From contig OZ271918.1 of the NCBI GenBank assembly GCA_965602015.1, positions 3,232,001 through 3,296,000 of the forward strand: a DNA stretch of 64,000 nucleotides, read 5' to 3'. Shown here one piece after another: positions 10,650-20,670 of the stretch. Made by a program: the position numbers and the translations under genes. Positions within the stretch are counted from its first letter, which is position 1. The number at the start of each line of letters is the position of its first letter. The notes under the pieces are model-generated. The model did not search any database, was not told where the DNA came from, and saw only the letters and a program-made list of their open reading frames with translations. The DNA is from Salinispira sp. (GTDB lineage: Bacteria; Spirochaetota; Spirochaetia; DSM-27196; Salinispiraceae).

Positions 10650-11443
10650 GCCTGGGCTCCCGGGCGTGAAGCCGCCGGTTTGGTATTTTGGTATAACATG
10701 ACCGTTTCTCCCAAATCTATGCTGCCCTCGTAGATCGCCTTGCCGATAATTACCCCTTCGATTGGAGAGCTTCCGTCCTCCCGGTACCCGCCGGCAGCCA
10801 CATGTACTGCTGCACAGTCGTCCATGGTTCCCATTCCGCCGGATATGACCACAGGCAAGCCCGATGCCTCGGCGATGATAAGCGAACGCTCGATATCCGG
10901 ACCGGATAAGGTGCCGTCCCGGGAGATGTTTGTGTACACGATGCCTTTTACTCCCAGAGAGCCGACGGTTGCCGCCAGATGCTCATCCTTGACGCGGGTT
11001 CCGTCCTCCCAGCCGGCGACCTTCACCTCGCCGTCTCGGGCGTCGATTCCGGCAATGAAGTCCGCCGTATACTGCGCCGCCCAGCGGGCAACCTTGTCGG
11101 GATCGCGAATCAGAAGGGTTCCCACCACCAGACGTTTCACACCGAGATCGATCAGTTCCGCCACATCGTCGTCGCTTCGCACCCCGCCGCCCACTTCGAC
11201 GACCATATCGCTCTGTTTGCAGATCTGTCTGATCTGATCGCGGTTGCTCCTCCGCTCATGTTTGCCGTCCTTCCATCGCGCGGCATCCAGATCGACCACG
11301 TGAAGGTACCGGGCTCCCTGGTTTGCAAACCGGAGGGCGAGTTCGGCGGGATTTTTCGAGTAACTGGTAACTTCATCATAATGACCCTGGTGAAGCCGCA
11401 CGGCTTCGCCGGCGAGCAGATCAATGGCAGGAATTATCTTCAT
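10646..11443 (-). CDS. hisA: ProFAR isomerase HisA
   Basis: MKIIPAIDL, LHVVDLDAA, VEVGGGVR, TNISRDGTLSGPD; start overlaps the pyrC stop (ATGA). Confidence 0.96.
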   Translation of the reverse strand: MKIIPAIDLLAGEAVRLHQGHYDEVTSYSKNPAELALRFANQGARYLHVVDLDAARWKDGKHERRSNRDQIRQICKQSDMVVEVGGGVRSDDDVAELIDLGVKRLVVGTLLIRDPDKVARWAAQYTADFIAGIDARDGEVKVAGWEDGTRVKDEHLAATVGSLGVKGIVYTNISRDGTLSGPDIERSLIIAEASGLPVVISGGMGTMDDCAAVHVAAGGYREDGSSPIEGVIIGKAIYEGSIDLGETVMLYQNTKPAASRPGAQA

Positions 11444-12456
11444 ATAACGCTCCATTCGAGGGTTTCTCCCGCGAGAAAGGGCACCACCCCGTGATACTCC
11501 GCCGGCACGGTCCAGCTGCGGCGATCGAGATGTATTACCGCGTTGTTGCGGGGCACCTGATAAAAATCCGCCCCGTGTTCGCTGGTGAATGACTGGAAGA
11601 CCGAGGGATCGTTCGCACTGCACGCTCCATTTTCGAGGAAAAACTGAAAGAGCGCTGGCACAGCCACCGGCGCCGTGTAGGTGCCGGCGCAACCGCAATC
11701 GCATTCCTTCTGCCCGCGCTGGTGGGGTGCGCTGTCGGTACCGAGGAAAAAACTGGTGTCGCCGCCAAAGGCCGCCTCCATTAGCGCCTCCTGATCTTCC
11801 GGGCGCTTTAGCACCGGCTTGCAGAACAGGTGGGGATTGAGGAAACCGCCCATCATGTGGTCGAGGTTTTTCATCAAATGATGAACGGTAATGGTTCCGG
11901 CGGTCTTGTCGCCGAGCTCCCGAACTGCGGCAATCCCGTTTTTTGTGCTGATGTGCTCAAGCACCATCCTCAGGTCGGGAAACTGCTCCCGGATTTCCCT
12001 GAGTACGGGCAGAAAGGCGGCCTCCCGGTCGAGGACGAAGGCAGCCGGATCTTCCCCATGGAGGCACAGGACCAGGTCCTCTTTCTCCATGTGCTTCAGA
12101 AGGGGAAATATGCTGCGGTGGTCCCCAACCCCGTCTTCCGCATTTGTGGTGGCTCCCTGGGGATAATACTTTCCGGCAGTCACCCCGCATTCGAGCATTG
12201 CATAGAACTCGTCTTCTCCGATCTCCGGACTGATTTTAAAGGTGAAAAATGGCGTAAAGTCCTCAGCCCCGGTCAGAGCCCGAGACACTTCCTCCCGGTA
12301 ATGGTCCAGGCGCTCCCGGTTGTTGACCGGCGGGATGGTGTTGGGCATTATTAGTGCACGGGCAAATGAACCCGTAGTATCCCCAAGATAAGCCGGAAGG
12401 CCCTCTCCCTGGCGGATATGCAGGTGCCAATCATCTGGTTTACGGATGGAAATCAT
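11440..12456 (-). CDS. pyrC: Dihydroorotase (homodimeric, E. coli-type)
   Basis: KPDDWHLHIR, MPN, KYYPQGATTN, LHGE, EHIST, FCKPVLK, GTDSAPH. Confidence 0.95.
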   Translation of the reverse strand: MISIRKPDDWHLHIRQGEGLPAYLGDTTGSFARALIMPNTIPPVNNRERLDHYREEVSRALTGAEDFTPFFTFKISPEIGEDEFYAMLECGVTAGKYYPQGATTNAEDGVGDHRSIFPLLKHMEKEDLVLCLHGEDPAAFVLDREAAFLPVLREIREQFPDLRMVLEHISTKNGIAAVRELGDKTAGTITVHHLMKNLDHMMGGFLNPHLFCKPVLKRPEDQEALMEAAFGGDTSFFLGTDSAPHQRGQKECDCGCAGTYTAPVAVPALFQFFLENGACSANDPSVFQSFTSEHGADFYQVPRNNAVIHLDRRSWTVPAEYHGVVPFLAGETLEWSVI

Positions 12457-12485
12457 GGCACTATATTATGACTTTAGGAGGCATT

Positions 12486-13193
12486 ATGAACAGAGAATAT
12501 GCCCAGACATTTTCCCAATCCCAGGTGATGTCCCGGAATCTCCTGCGGAATGTTTATATCTGGATGGCCCTCGGGCTGGCTATAACCGGGGTTGTGGCTT
12601 ACGGCACCGCCCAAAGCACGGAACTTATGACCTCGCTGTATCGGAACAACGGAGTGATGATTCTGATTCTCGTCGAGGTGGCACTGGTGTTCTTTCTCTC
12701 GGCCCGCATCATGAAATTAAAACCCATGACCGCCACCCTGCTTTTTGCAGCCTATTCGGCGCTGAACGGGCTGACGCTGTCCTTTATTTTTTACGTGTAT
12801 TCCGGAGCAACAATAGCCAGCACATTTTTTATCTCCGCGGGGATGTTCGGAACCATGAGTCTTTTCGCCATCTTCACGAAGCGGGATTTATCTGGATGGG
12901 GACATTACCTGATAATGGGGGTCATCGGGCTGATCATCTCCTCGGTGGTCAACCTTTTCCTGGACAGCGAGCCGCTCATGTATCTCATCAGCTATGCGGG
13001 CGTCCTGATATTTATGGGTCTCACCGCCTTCGATACCCAGCGAATCAAACGCATGAGCGACGCCCTCAGCGAGGATCTGGCAGAGCCGGACTATATCCGC
13101 CTGAGCATCATCGGGGCCCTCAAGCTTTATCTGGATTTTATTAATATTTTCCTGTTTATGCTGAGAATCTTCGGCGGCGGCGGCCGACGCTGA
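12486..13193 (+). CDS. Bax inhibitor-1/YccA family membrane protein
   Basis: 7 TM segments, TAFDTQRIK and ALKLYLDFINIF motifs; SD AGGAGG. Confidence 0.93.
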   Translation: MNREYAQTFSQSQVMSRNLLRNVYIWMALGLAITGVVAYGTAQSTELMTSLYRNNGVMILILVEVALVFFLSARIMKLKPMTATLLFAAYSALNGLTLSFIFYVYSGATIASTFFISAGMFGTMSLFAIFTKRDLSGWGHYLIMGVIGLIISSVVNLFLDSEPLMYLISYAGVLIFMGLTAFDTQRIKRMSDALSEDLAEPDYIRLSIIGALKLYLDFINIFLFMLRIFGGGGRR

Positions 13194-13220
13194 CTTCGGG
13201 GTTACCCCCAGTCTTTGAAT

Positions 13221-13251
13221 AAAAAGCACGGAGATATCTGTGCTTTTTTTT
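13221..13251 (+). terminator. Rho-independent terminator
   Basis: AAAAAGCACGGA-GATA-TCTGTGC followed by a T run. Confidence 0.75.
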
Positions 13252-13272
13252 ATGCCCTGATATACTGATGCC

Positions 13273-15144
13273 ATGGGCATAGACCAGTTACTTGAAAATA
13301 TTAATTACTCGAATTTCACCCACCGAATCGGAAAGTTAAAAGGCGTGTCCAAGGGGCGCAGCCCCCTTTTCCCGGCCATCGAACTGCGGGGGCTGAGCCC
13401 CGGGGAAATTGCTCAGTTGGGTAGTCAGGGCAATATTTGCGCAGACTGGAGCCGCATCCGGGTGTCCCCCGACTTCAGCGCGGGTCAGATTTGGCAAAAT
13501 CATTTCATCGGCGATATTGTGCTTGGCTGTTACAACGGAAAAAATCTTCCAGATCGCAGCGGGGGAGGAAGTCTTCCAACCGGCATTTACCGTTCGACAT
13601 TGGAAAACAGCCACATTGCGTCGAATTGCGCAATTCATAACTGCCCGGGCATCTTCCAGACCCTCATTGTCCGTGACAGCCTGGTTTCCAACTCCAACAG
13701 CGCTGCCGAAGAGAAAAAACCCGGGGGACTGCTGTACGGAAACGGAATCGAGATTCCCGTCGGCGTCGAAACCGGGGGACGGGAAATCGCCCTGTATTCC
13801 GACCTGAGTCTTGAACTGGCTGAGCACGTGCTTCGCAATCCCGCAAATAAAACGATACGAAAGGCATATCGGAATCACATAAGCGGATATCTTGAGCAGA
13901 TTCGCTTTTCCTGGACCATAATCGACAAGCATTCCCGGGTCATGGACACCAAATCGATTGTAAACAGCTACATCGGTCCCTACAGCATACTTCGGGGCGC
14001 CGACGAAATTCGAAACAGTTCGATTTTCTCTACCCGGGAGGATCCGACACTGGTCAGTAATTCATCAGTGGTTCGAAATTCCATAATTCAGGACGGCGTA
14101 GAAATAAGCGATGCAGCCATAATCGAAAACTCCATGCTCTTTGAGCACAGTCACGCCGAACACCACGGAAAGATTGTGGATTCCATTATCGGACCGAATT
14201 CTGGGGTCAGCAAGGGCGAAATTACCAGCTGCTTTCTTGGACCCTTTGTGGGCTTCCACCACCAGAGCCTGCTGATTGCGGCGTTTTGGCCCGGCGGCCG
14301 GGGAAACGTGGGTTACGGGGCAAACGTCGGCTCTAATCATACATCCCGAATGCCGGACCAGGAATGCTGGCCCGGCGAGGGCATGTTTTTCGGCCTGAGC
14401 TGCGCCATAAAGTACCCGGCAAATTTTGCCTCGGCGCCTTACAGCGTCATCGCCGCCGGCGTCACAACCCTTCCTCAGAAACTCGATTTTCCTTTCAGTT
14501 TGATCAACGAACCGGTGGGTTATTACCTGGAAGTGCCGCCGGGCTTTAATAACCTGGTGCCCGCCTGGGGTTTGGCGAACAATCTCTACTCACTCAAGCG
14601 CAATGAGGGGAAATACCGCCGGCGAAACAAAGCCAAACGAAACGTCTTTGACCTTCGGCTGTTCCGCCCGGATATCATCGCCCTTATGAAAACCGCTCTG
14701 GGTTACCTGGAAAATATCGGGGAGCGAAAGACCATTTACCTGCCGGGGGATATCCAGGGAATCGGCAAAAACATGCTCACCGACGTCAACAGGCTTAAGG
14801 CCATCGACGCATATCGGTTTTTTATCCGCTTCACTGAATTGGCGGACCTGCTGCGCGAGCTGGCACCTAATGGTACTGACCCGGCTACGGCAAAGCTTCC
14901 CGGGGATAAAAAAGAACGCAAACTCTTAGTGAGCAATCTCTCCGAGTACCTGGACATGCTTCCGCGGATACTCGAGGGAACCGAGAAATCCCGTCAACGG
15001 GACATTGACCGGGGAGGGGCGATAATTCCGGATTACCGCGACACTCACCCGTCGGTGGACAAGGATCCTTTTGTCCTCGAGGTGCGAAAAGAAGTGGAAA
15101 CCGAACGCCGATTTTGTCTCGGACTCCTCGATCACCTGCGGTAA
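13273..15144 (+). CDS. DUF4954-like family protein (left-handed beta-helix-like repeats)
   Basis: LGSQGN.CADW, S.IG..S repeats, GPFVGFHHQSLLIAAFWPGG.GNVGYGANVGSNHT motif. Confidence 0.75.
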   Translation: MGIDQLLENINYSNFTHRIGKLKGVSKGRSPLFPAIELRGLSPGEIAQLGSQGNICADWSRIRVSPDFSAGQIWQNHFIGDIVLGCYNGKNLPDRSGGGSLPTGIYRSTLENSHIASNCAIHNCPGIFQTLIVRDSLVSNSNSAAEEKKPGGLLYGNGIEIPVGVETGGREIALYSDLSLELAEHVLRNPANKTIRKAYRNHISGYLEQIRFSWTIIDKHSRVMDTKSIVNSYIGPYSILRGADEIRNSSIFSTREDPTLVSNSSVVRNSIIQDGVEISDAAIIENSMLFEHSHAEHHGKIVDSIIGPNSGVSKGEITSCFLGPFVGFHHQSLLIAAFWPGGRGNVGYGANVGSNHTSRMPDQECWPGEGMFFGLSCAIKYPANFASAPYSVIAAGVTTLPQKLDFPFSLINEPVGYYLEVPPGFNNLVPAWGLANNLYSLKRNEGKYRRRNKAKRNVFDLRLFRPDIIALMKTALGYLENIGERKTIYLPGDIQGIGKNMLTDVNRLKAIDAYRFFIRFTELADLLRELAPNGTDPATAKLPGDKKERKLLVSNLSEYLDMLPRILEGTEKSRQRDIDRGGAIIPDYRDTHPSVDKDPFVLEVRKEVETERRFCLGLLDHLR

Positions 15145-15295
15145 AGCCCGGGACAAAACCGACAGCGGCAATCGGCGTTCTGATTTTTCTGTTACCTGCC
15201 TGGTGAAAATAGTATTTAATGGGTGAAGGAAGGGGAAAGGCTGCCGTTTTCCGTGTCCCGTTCCGCAATACATTAAAAGAGCATTGGAGCCCGCG

Positions 15296-16519
15296 ATGAG
15301 CAGCGATCTGCAGCAGAGTGTTGAAACTTTTTTGCATGAGGCGGAGCTTTCCTGGTCCTGGGCGGGGTTTTCCGCCTTGGACAGATACTACCGGGGACGT
15401 ACCCGGGCAACATCCTACGGCAATGCACCGGAATTAAACCCCCACGAACTCATCCTCATTCGTACAGATATGAGCACCCTCGCCGCCGGCGGTTTTTCCA
15501 TGAGCTTCCCGGGTATAGAAGGCATCGACTGCGTGCTGACCCTGGATGGCTCTGCTCACGACCTGTTTGTAATGTTATACGACAGTAAAGCAGAGCGCGA
15601 TGCAAAATTGCGCCGCTTTTTCGGGGCAGATAATACCCGCTTAGAGCTTCTTGAAAGCCGACGGAGCCCGTCGGAATTTCGGCTCAGACCCGGAGTTTAT
15701 CAGAGGATGAGAGACCGGAGCTACATAGCTGACATCGGCAATCCCGCGGAGGGGAACGGCAGCCTGCTGACCATTCTCAGCGAGGCCGTGCTGCTCTCCC
15801 GTTACCGCACCGGCGATTACGCAAGGGCTCCGGATAGCATGATCAGCGATGCCCTGAACTGTCGCTTCGATTCGTATGATGAAGGCGATGAGGCTGAACC
15901 GCGATGGGATTCCCCGGGGCTTCCTCCGGCCCAATGGCGTTACTGGCTGGATTTGATTCTCACCGGCGCCTCTGCCCATCTCGGCCTGGAATACCTCATG
16001 TGCGCCGGGGTGATTGAGCACATCGCTCCGGAACTGTCGGCCATGAACCGGACTCATCATCACAAGGACCACCATCCCGAAGGGAATGTGTGGCGCCACA
16101 GCCTGGAAACACTGAAATACCGCAAGACCACCGATTTGCTACTGGCCTACTCCCTGCTGCTACATGATGCGGGCAAACCGGAGGCGACAAGAGAAAGCAG
16201 CCGCCGCTTCAGCGGTCACGCGCAAATCGGCGCCGATCTCGCCGGCCGCCTTCTGGATGATCTGGAGTATCCCCGGAGATTTCGGGACGATGTGTGCTGG
16301 ATGGTGGAAAACCACAGTTATCCGTCGGCGCTGCGTCGCCTCCCGTCACACCGGACCGATCCACTGATGGCCGATCCGCGTTTTCCCGATCTGCTTGAAC
16401 TCTACCGCTGCGATATCAGCGCCAGTTACTCGGGTCCGGAAAACTACTATGCGGCCTGCGATGTGTACAACCGCTACCGCAAAGATATGGGATTGCGCCG
16501 ATACCGGCCGGTGGGCTAA
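15296..16519 (+). CDS. HD-domain protein related to CCA-adding/poly(A) polymerase, with degenerate nucleotidyltransferase head
   Basis: HHPEGNVWRHS, LLLHDAGKP, FSGHAQIGA, VENH; N-terminal GFSALDRYY lacks a following DxD. Confidence 0.8.
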   Translation: MSSDLQQSVETFLHEAELSWSWAGFSALDRYYRGRTRATSYGNAPELNPHELILIRTDMSTLAAGGFSMSFPGIEGIDCVLTLDGSAHDLFVMLYDSKAERDAKLRRFFGADNTRLELLESRRSPSEFRLRPGVYQRMRDRSYIADIGNPAEGNGSLLTILSEAVLLSRYRTGDYARAPDSMISDALNCRFDSYDEGDEAEPRWDSPGLPPAQWRYWLDLILTGASAHLGLEYLMCAGVIEHIAPELSAMNRTHHHKDHHPEGNVWRHSLETLKYRKTTDLLLAYSLLLHDAGKPEATRESSRRFSGHAQIGADLAGRLLDDLEYPRRFRDDVCWMVENHSYPSALRRLPSHRTDPLMADPRFPDLLELYRCDISASYSGPENYYAACDVYNRYRKDMGLRRYRPVG

Positions 16520-17839
16520 TCAAAAGGTTTTTCGAAGAAAGCCGGACAAATCCTCCAGACGGTTGCCGATTATTACCGATTGTTTCTCGAGATTCATCAT
16601 CCTGGCCAGGCGCTCGGGCATTTCCGGTTCGCCGCCGCCGGCCTGCCTGGCCACTTCGGTGAACTTGGCTGGATGGGCGGTAGCCAGGGTGCAGATCTGC
16701 CCCTCGCCGGCAAGCTCGTTCCGGGAAAACCCCTCCGAAACCAGAACCCCGGTGGCGGTGTGGGGGCAGAGAAACATGCCCTTTTCTCTCCGGTAGCGTC
16801 CCATGGTTTCGAGAATTTCGTCATCGGTGACCGCCCTGCCGGAGATCATCATGCGCATCCTGGCGGCATCCGAGTGGAAAATCGCCATGAGACGCTCGAA
16901 ATTGCTGGGGTTTCCCACATCCATGGCATTCGCATGGGTGTGGACCGAGGGGCGGGGAATAAACTCTCCGCTGCTCAAATACTGCGGGATTACATCATTG
17001 GCGTTGGTCGCCGCAATATAACCGGTTACCGGAAGACCCCATCTCCAGGCGAAAACGCCGGCAGTGAGGTTGCCGAAATTGCCGCTGGGGACGGTGAAGT
17101 AAAAATCCCCGTCGCTGCGATGCTTGAGCCTGGCAAAGGCGTATACGTAATAGAAACTCTGGGGAAGCAGCCTACCCAGATTTATGCTGTTTGCGCTGGT
17201 GAGGGGAAGGTCCCTGCTGAGCTCCGGGTCGGTAAACGCTTCCTTTACCATCCGCTGACAGTCATCAAAGCTTCCCTTCACCTCGAGAGCATGAATGTTC
17301 CCGCCGAGGGTGGTCAGCTGCTTTTCCTGGCTGGGGCTGACCCGGCCTGAAGGATACAGAATTACCACATCAATGTTATTTTTCTGATAAAAGGCCTGTG
17401 CGACCGCCGAACCCGTATCGCCGCTGGTGGCCGTGAGGATGATAGCCCGACGGTCCCGCCCGGCGAGAAAAAATTCCATGACTGTAGCCAGATATGAGGC
17501 TCCGAAATCCTTGAAGGCGCAGCTCGGGCCGTGAAACAGTTCCAAGATTGAGATGTCTTTGCTCACTTGAGAAATCTCCGGACGGAATACAAATGCCTTT
17601 TCTGCGATGCGTCGGGCATCTTCGCCGCTCATTTCATCGGCAAAGAGGCTGGCGCTGAGCTGGGCTGCCATTGAGGTGAAATCCGTGCCTTCGTCGAAGG
17701 AGAGAATCAGGTCGCGTAGATCCGGCTCGTCAAGCGGATGGTATAATCCCCCGTCCGGGGCGAGGCCCTGAAAAACCGCCTCTTCAAAACTGACCTGGTC
17801 GGAAGGTGAACCCGAGGACCGGGTAGATGCGAATTTCAT
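16520..17839 (-). CDS. thrC: Threonine synthase
   Basis: GLAPDGGLY, ELFHGPSCAFKDFG, ATSGDTG, SANSINLGRL, VPSGNFGN, TAHPAKF. Confidence 0.97.
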   Translation of the reverse strand: MKFASTRSSGSPSDQVSFEEAVFQGLAPDGGLYHPLDEPDLRDLILSFDEGTDFTSMAAQLSASLFADEMSGEDARRIAEKAFVFRPEISQVSKDISILELFHGPSCAFKDFGASYLATVMEFFLAGRDRRAIILTATSGDTGSAVAQAFYQKNNIDVVILYPSGRVSPSQEKQLTTLGGNIHALEVKGSFDDCQRMVKEAFTDPELSRDLPLTSANSINLGRLLPQSFYYVYAFARLKHRSDGDFYFTVPSGNFGNLTAGVFAWRWGLPVTGYIAATNANDVIPQYLSSGEFIPRPSVHTHANAMDVGNPSNFERLMAIFHSDAARMRMMISGRAVTDDEILETMGRYRREKGMFLCPHTATGVLVSEGFSRNELAGEGQICTLATAHPAKFTEVARQAGGGEPEMPERLARMMNLEKQSVIIGNRLEDLSGFLRKTF

Positions 17840-19215
17840 TCTGACTCCTCGGCGAAAAACGCCCGGTGTACCGTTCGAAGGGCTTCCCCGTGATCATCCC
17901 GGTGTATTACGAAGGACAGATTCATTTCCGATGAACCCTGGGCGATGGCGAGAATATTTACACCCTGTTCTCCGAGGGCGCTGAACAGCCGGCCGGCGAC
18001 TCCCGGGCGCCCGCGCATGTTCCCTCCGATGACCGCCATGACTTCGAGTCTGGTGACATGTTCAATCTCCTGTATCACCTTAGAACGGATCTCGAACTCA
18101 AGCTCAGCGCGCAGTCCTCTAATAGCCCGGTCAACCTCGCCATCCCTGATGACCACACAGAGGCTGTGCTCGCTCGATGCCTGACTGATCATTATTGCAT
18201 TTACATCGGCCCGCGCCAGTGCGCTGAAGATTTTCATGGCGGTTCCCCGGGCGCCGACCATACCGCCGCCGATCACATTTATCAGGCTAACATCCTGAAT
18301 GCTGGCGATGCCGGTGATTATATTCGGGTTCGTCTCTGCGTCCGCCGCAATTCGGGTGCCCCGGGCCCCGGGATTCAAGGTGTTTTTTATCCAGACGGGG
18401 ATGCTGCGCTCTACCGCGGGAATCATTGTGGAGGGGTGGAGTACCTCGGCACCGAAGTAGCTCATTTCCATGGCTTCATCAATGCTCAATTCGGGAATAA
18501 CTGATGCTCCCGGCACTGCTCGGGGGTCGGCTTCCAGGACCCCGTCCACATCTGTCCATATTTCAATATTGTCCGCATTCAAGGCCGCTCCGAAAATCGA
18601 GGCGCTGTAGTCGCTGCCGTTACGACCGAGGGTTGTGGTAATCCCTTCTTCCGAAGAAGCAATAAACCCCGTGGTAATTCCAATTCCAGAATTACGGGAA
18701 AAGTGATCCGCAATACGGCGGTAGCTCTCTTCAAATCGAACGATGCCGTTGCCGTGACTGCTGTCGGTCAGCACAAGGGGTCTGGCGTCTACATAAAACA
18801 CCCTGTGCCCCTGGGATGCGGCGTATTCGGCGATTATCTGATTGTTCAGCCTCTCACCGAAGCTCATTATCAGATCAAGGCTTCGCGGGCTGCATTCCTT
18901 CACCAGAAAAACTCCGTGACAGATTTCTTCCAGTTCTTCAAACTCCTTTCTGAGTCCGTTGAGAAAATCCTCCGGAGCAGACAACAGTTCTCTGGCAGAA
19001 TCGCCGTGCTTTACCCAGATAGCGTCGAGGACCGCCTGATACTCCCGGTTTCCCTTTTCAGCCATGCGGGCAGCGCGAATCAGATCATTGGTTACGCCTT
19101 TCATTGCCGAGCAAATGACGGCGCGCACTTCTGCATCACCGGTGAAAATTTCCACCACCTGCGCAATATGACGGGCATCGCACACAGAGCTGCCCCCGAA
19201 TTTCATTACTTTCAT
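17836..19215 (-). CDS. Aspartate kinase (AK domain plus two ACT domains, no homoserine dehydrogenase domain)
   Basis: MKVMKFGGSSV, TTLGRNGSDYSA, WTDVDG, YFGAEVLHP, ISQASSE; stop overlaps the thrC start. Confidence 0.95.
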   Translation of the reverse strand: MKVMKFGGSSVCDARHIAQVVEIFTGDAEVRAVICSAMKGVTNDLIRAARMAEKGNREYQAVLDAIWVKHGDSARELLSAPEDFLNGLRKEFEELEEICHGVFLVKECSPRSLDLIMSFGERLNNQIIAEYAASQGHRVFYVDARPLVLTDSSHGNGIVRFEESYRRIADHFSRNSGIGITTGFIASSEEGITTTLGRNGSDYSASIFGAALNADNIEIWTDVDGVLEADPRAVPGASVIPELSIDEAMEMSYFGAEVLHPSTMIPAVERSIPVWIKNTLNPGARGTRIAADAETNPNIITGIASIQDVSLINVIGGGMVGARGTAMKIFSALARADVNAIMISQASSEHSLCVVIRDGEVDRAIRGLRAELEFEIRSKVIQEIEHVTRLEVMAVIGGNMRGRPGVAGRLFSALGEQGVNILAIAQGSSEMNLSFVIHRDDHGEALRTVHRAFFAEESE

Positions 19216-19351
19216 ATGGATCCGCCGATTTCTGGTTTGGTGAGCAGTGTACTCGCGAATTGCATAAAAATGCAATATCGCCCGCAAATTCTTATATATT
19301 TACATTGATATTTGACAATCTCCGGGCGAGGCCAATTTTATCGGACTCTCA

Positions 19352-19380
19352 TTGACATCCGACACCAAATCCGGGACACT
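19352..19380 (+). promoter_or_regulatory. Putative sigma70 promoter of murA (leaderless)
   Basis: TTGACA-N17-GACACT, 6 nt before the ATG at 19387; no SD. Confidence 0.55.
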
Positions 19381-19386
19381 CGGCTC

Positions 19387-20670
19387 ATGCATCAATATCG
19401 AATAAACGGCGGCAATGCTCTGCGCGGTACCATCACCGCCAGCGGCAATAAAAACGCCGCCCTTCCCTGTATTACCGCAGCCATCCTCACCGAGGAAGAA
19501 GTGGTTCTGAAAAACGTGCCTCGCATCGAAGATGTTTTTGTGCTCTTCGACATTCTTCGGGATCTCGGAGGCAGCGTGGAAGAAGGGAGCTCACCCGGTG
19601 AGTTCCGCATAAAAATGTCATCGGTCAGTAAAACAGAAATTGATCCTGATCTGGCGAAAAAAATCCGCGCCTCCATTCTCCTGGCGGGTCCCATGCTCGC
19701 CCGAAGCGGCACCGTAGTCCTGCCTCCTCCGGGGGGCGATGTCATTGGTCGGCGAAGGCTCGACACCCACCTCCTGGTTCTCCAAGGCTTGGGAGCCACC
19801 ATTGAGATTGACGGAGTCTTCTCGTTTTCTTCGAAGGGTCTTGTCGGTAATGATATCTTCCTCGACGAGGCTTCAGTTACCGCCACGGAAAATGCCGTTA
19901 TGGCAGCCTCACTGGCGGATGGCAGGACGGTCCTGCGAAATGTTGCTTCCGAACCCCATATCCAGGATCTCTGTAATATGATCAATTCCATGGGAGGAAA
20001 AATCTCAGGCGTGGGAAGCAACATTCTCACAATCGACGGGGTACAGAAATTAGGCGGAACCGAATTCTCAATCGGCGCGGATTTTATGGAGGTGGGCTCT
20101 TATATCGGCCTGGCGGCGGTCACCGGGGGCGAAGTAACAATTCAAAAAGCTGACCCGCATCACCTCAGAATGGTCGAAATGGGCTTTGCGAAACTGGGAA
20201 TCCGGTGGGAAGTATCGGGCAACGACATCCACGTACGCGCAGATCAGCAAATGAAAGTAATCAGCGATCTGGGCGGCATGATTCCGAAGATAGACGACGC
20301 CCCGTGGCCCGGGTTCCCCCCGGACCTCCTCAGCATTATCATCACCGTTGCAACCCAGGTTCAGGGCACTATTCTCATTCACGAGAAAATGTTTGAGAGC
20401 CGGATGTTCTTCGTCGACAAGCTGATCGCCATGGGGGCCCGCATCGTTCTCTGCGATCCGCACCGGGCGGTCATTTCGGGACCGGCGCCCCTGCAGGGCT
20501 CTAATCTGGTAAGCCCCGATGTTCGGGCGGGGATGGCCATGGTCATTGCCGCACTTGCAGCGGAGGGAGAGAGTACGATTCAAAATATCTATCAGATTGA
20601 ACGGGGCTATGAAGGCCTTGCCGAGAAGCTAAGCAGTCTGGGGGCCGACATTATCCGGGAAGAGGCCTAA
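19387..20670 (+). CDS. murA: UDP-N-acetylglucosamine 1-carboxyvinyltransferase (Asp-type active site)
   Basis: SGNKNAALP, RASILLAGP, PGGDVIGRR, SVTATEN, PWPGFPPD, DVRAG, IERGYE. Confidence 0.97.
   Translation: MHQYRINGGNALRGTITASGNKNAALPCITAAILTEEEVVLKNVPRIEDVFVLFDILRDLGGSVEEGSSPGEFRIKMSSVSKTEIDPDLAKKIRASILLAGPMLARSGTVVLPPPGGDVIGRRRLDTHLLVLQGLGATIEIDGVFSFSSKGLVGNDIFLDEASVTATENAVMAASLADGRTVLRNVASEPHIQDLCNMINSMGGKISGVGSNILTIDGVQKLGGTEFSIGADFMEVGSYIGLAAVTGGEVTIQKADPHHLRMVEMGFAKLGIRWEVSGNDIHVRADQQMKVISDLGGMIPKIDDAPWPGFPPDLLSIIITVATQVQGTILIHEKMFESRMFFVDKLIAMGARIVLCDPHRAVISGPAPLQGSNLVSPDVRAGMAMVIAALAAEGESTIQNIYQIERGYEGLAEKLSSLGADIIREEA

Noticed and set aside
11444..11704. Apparent N-terminal extension of HisA
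   Set aside because: Lies within pyrC in another frame; HisA homology begins at MKIIPAID with ATGA coupling
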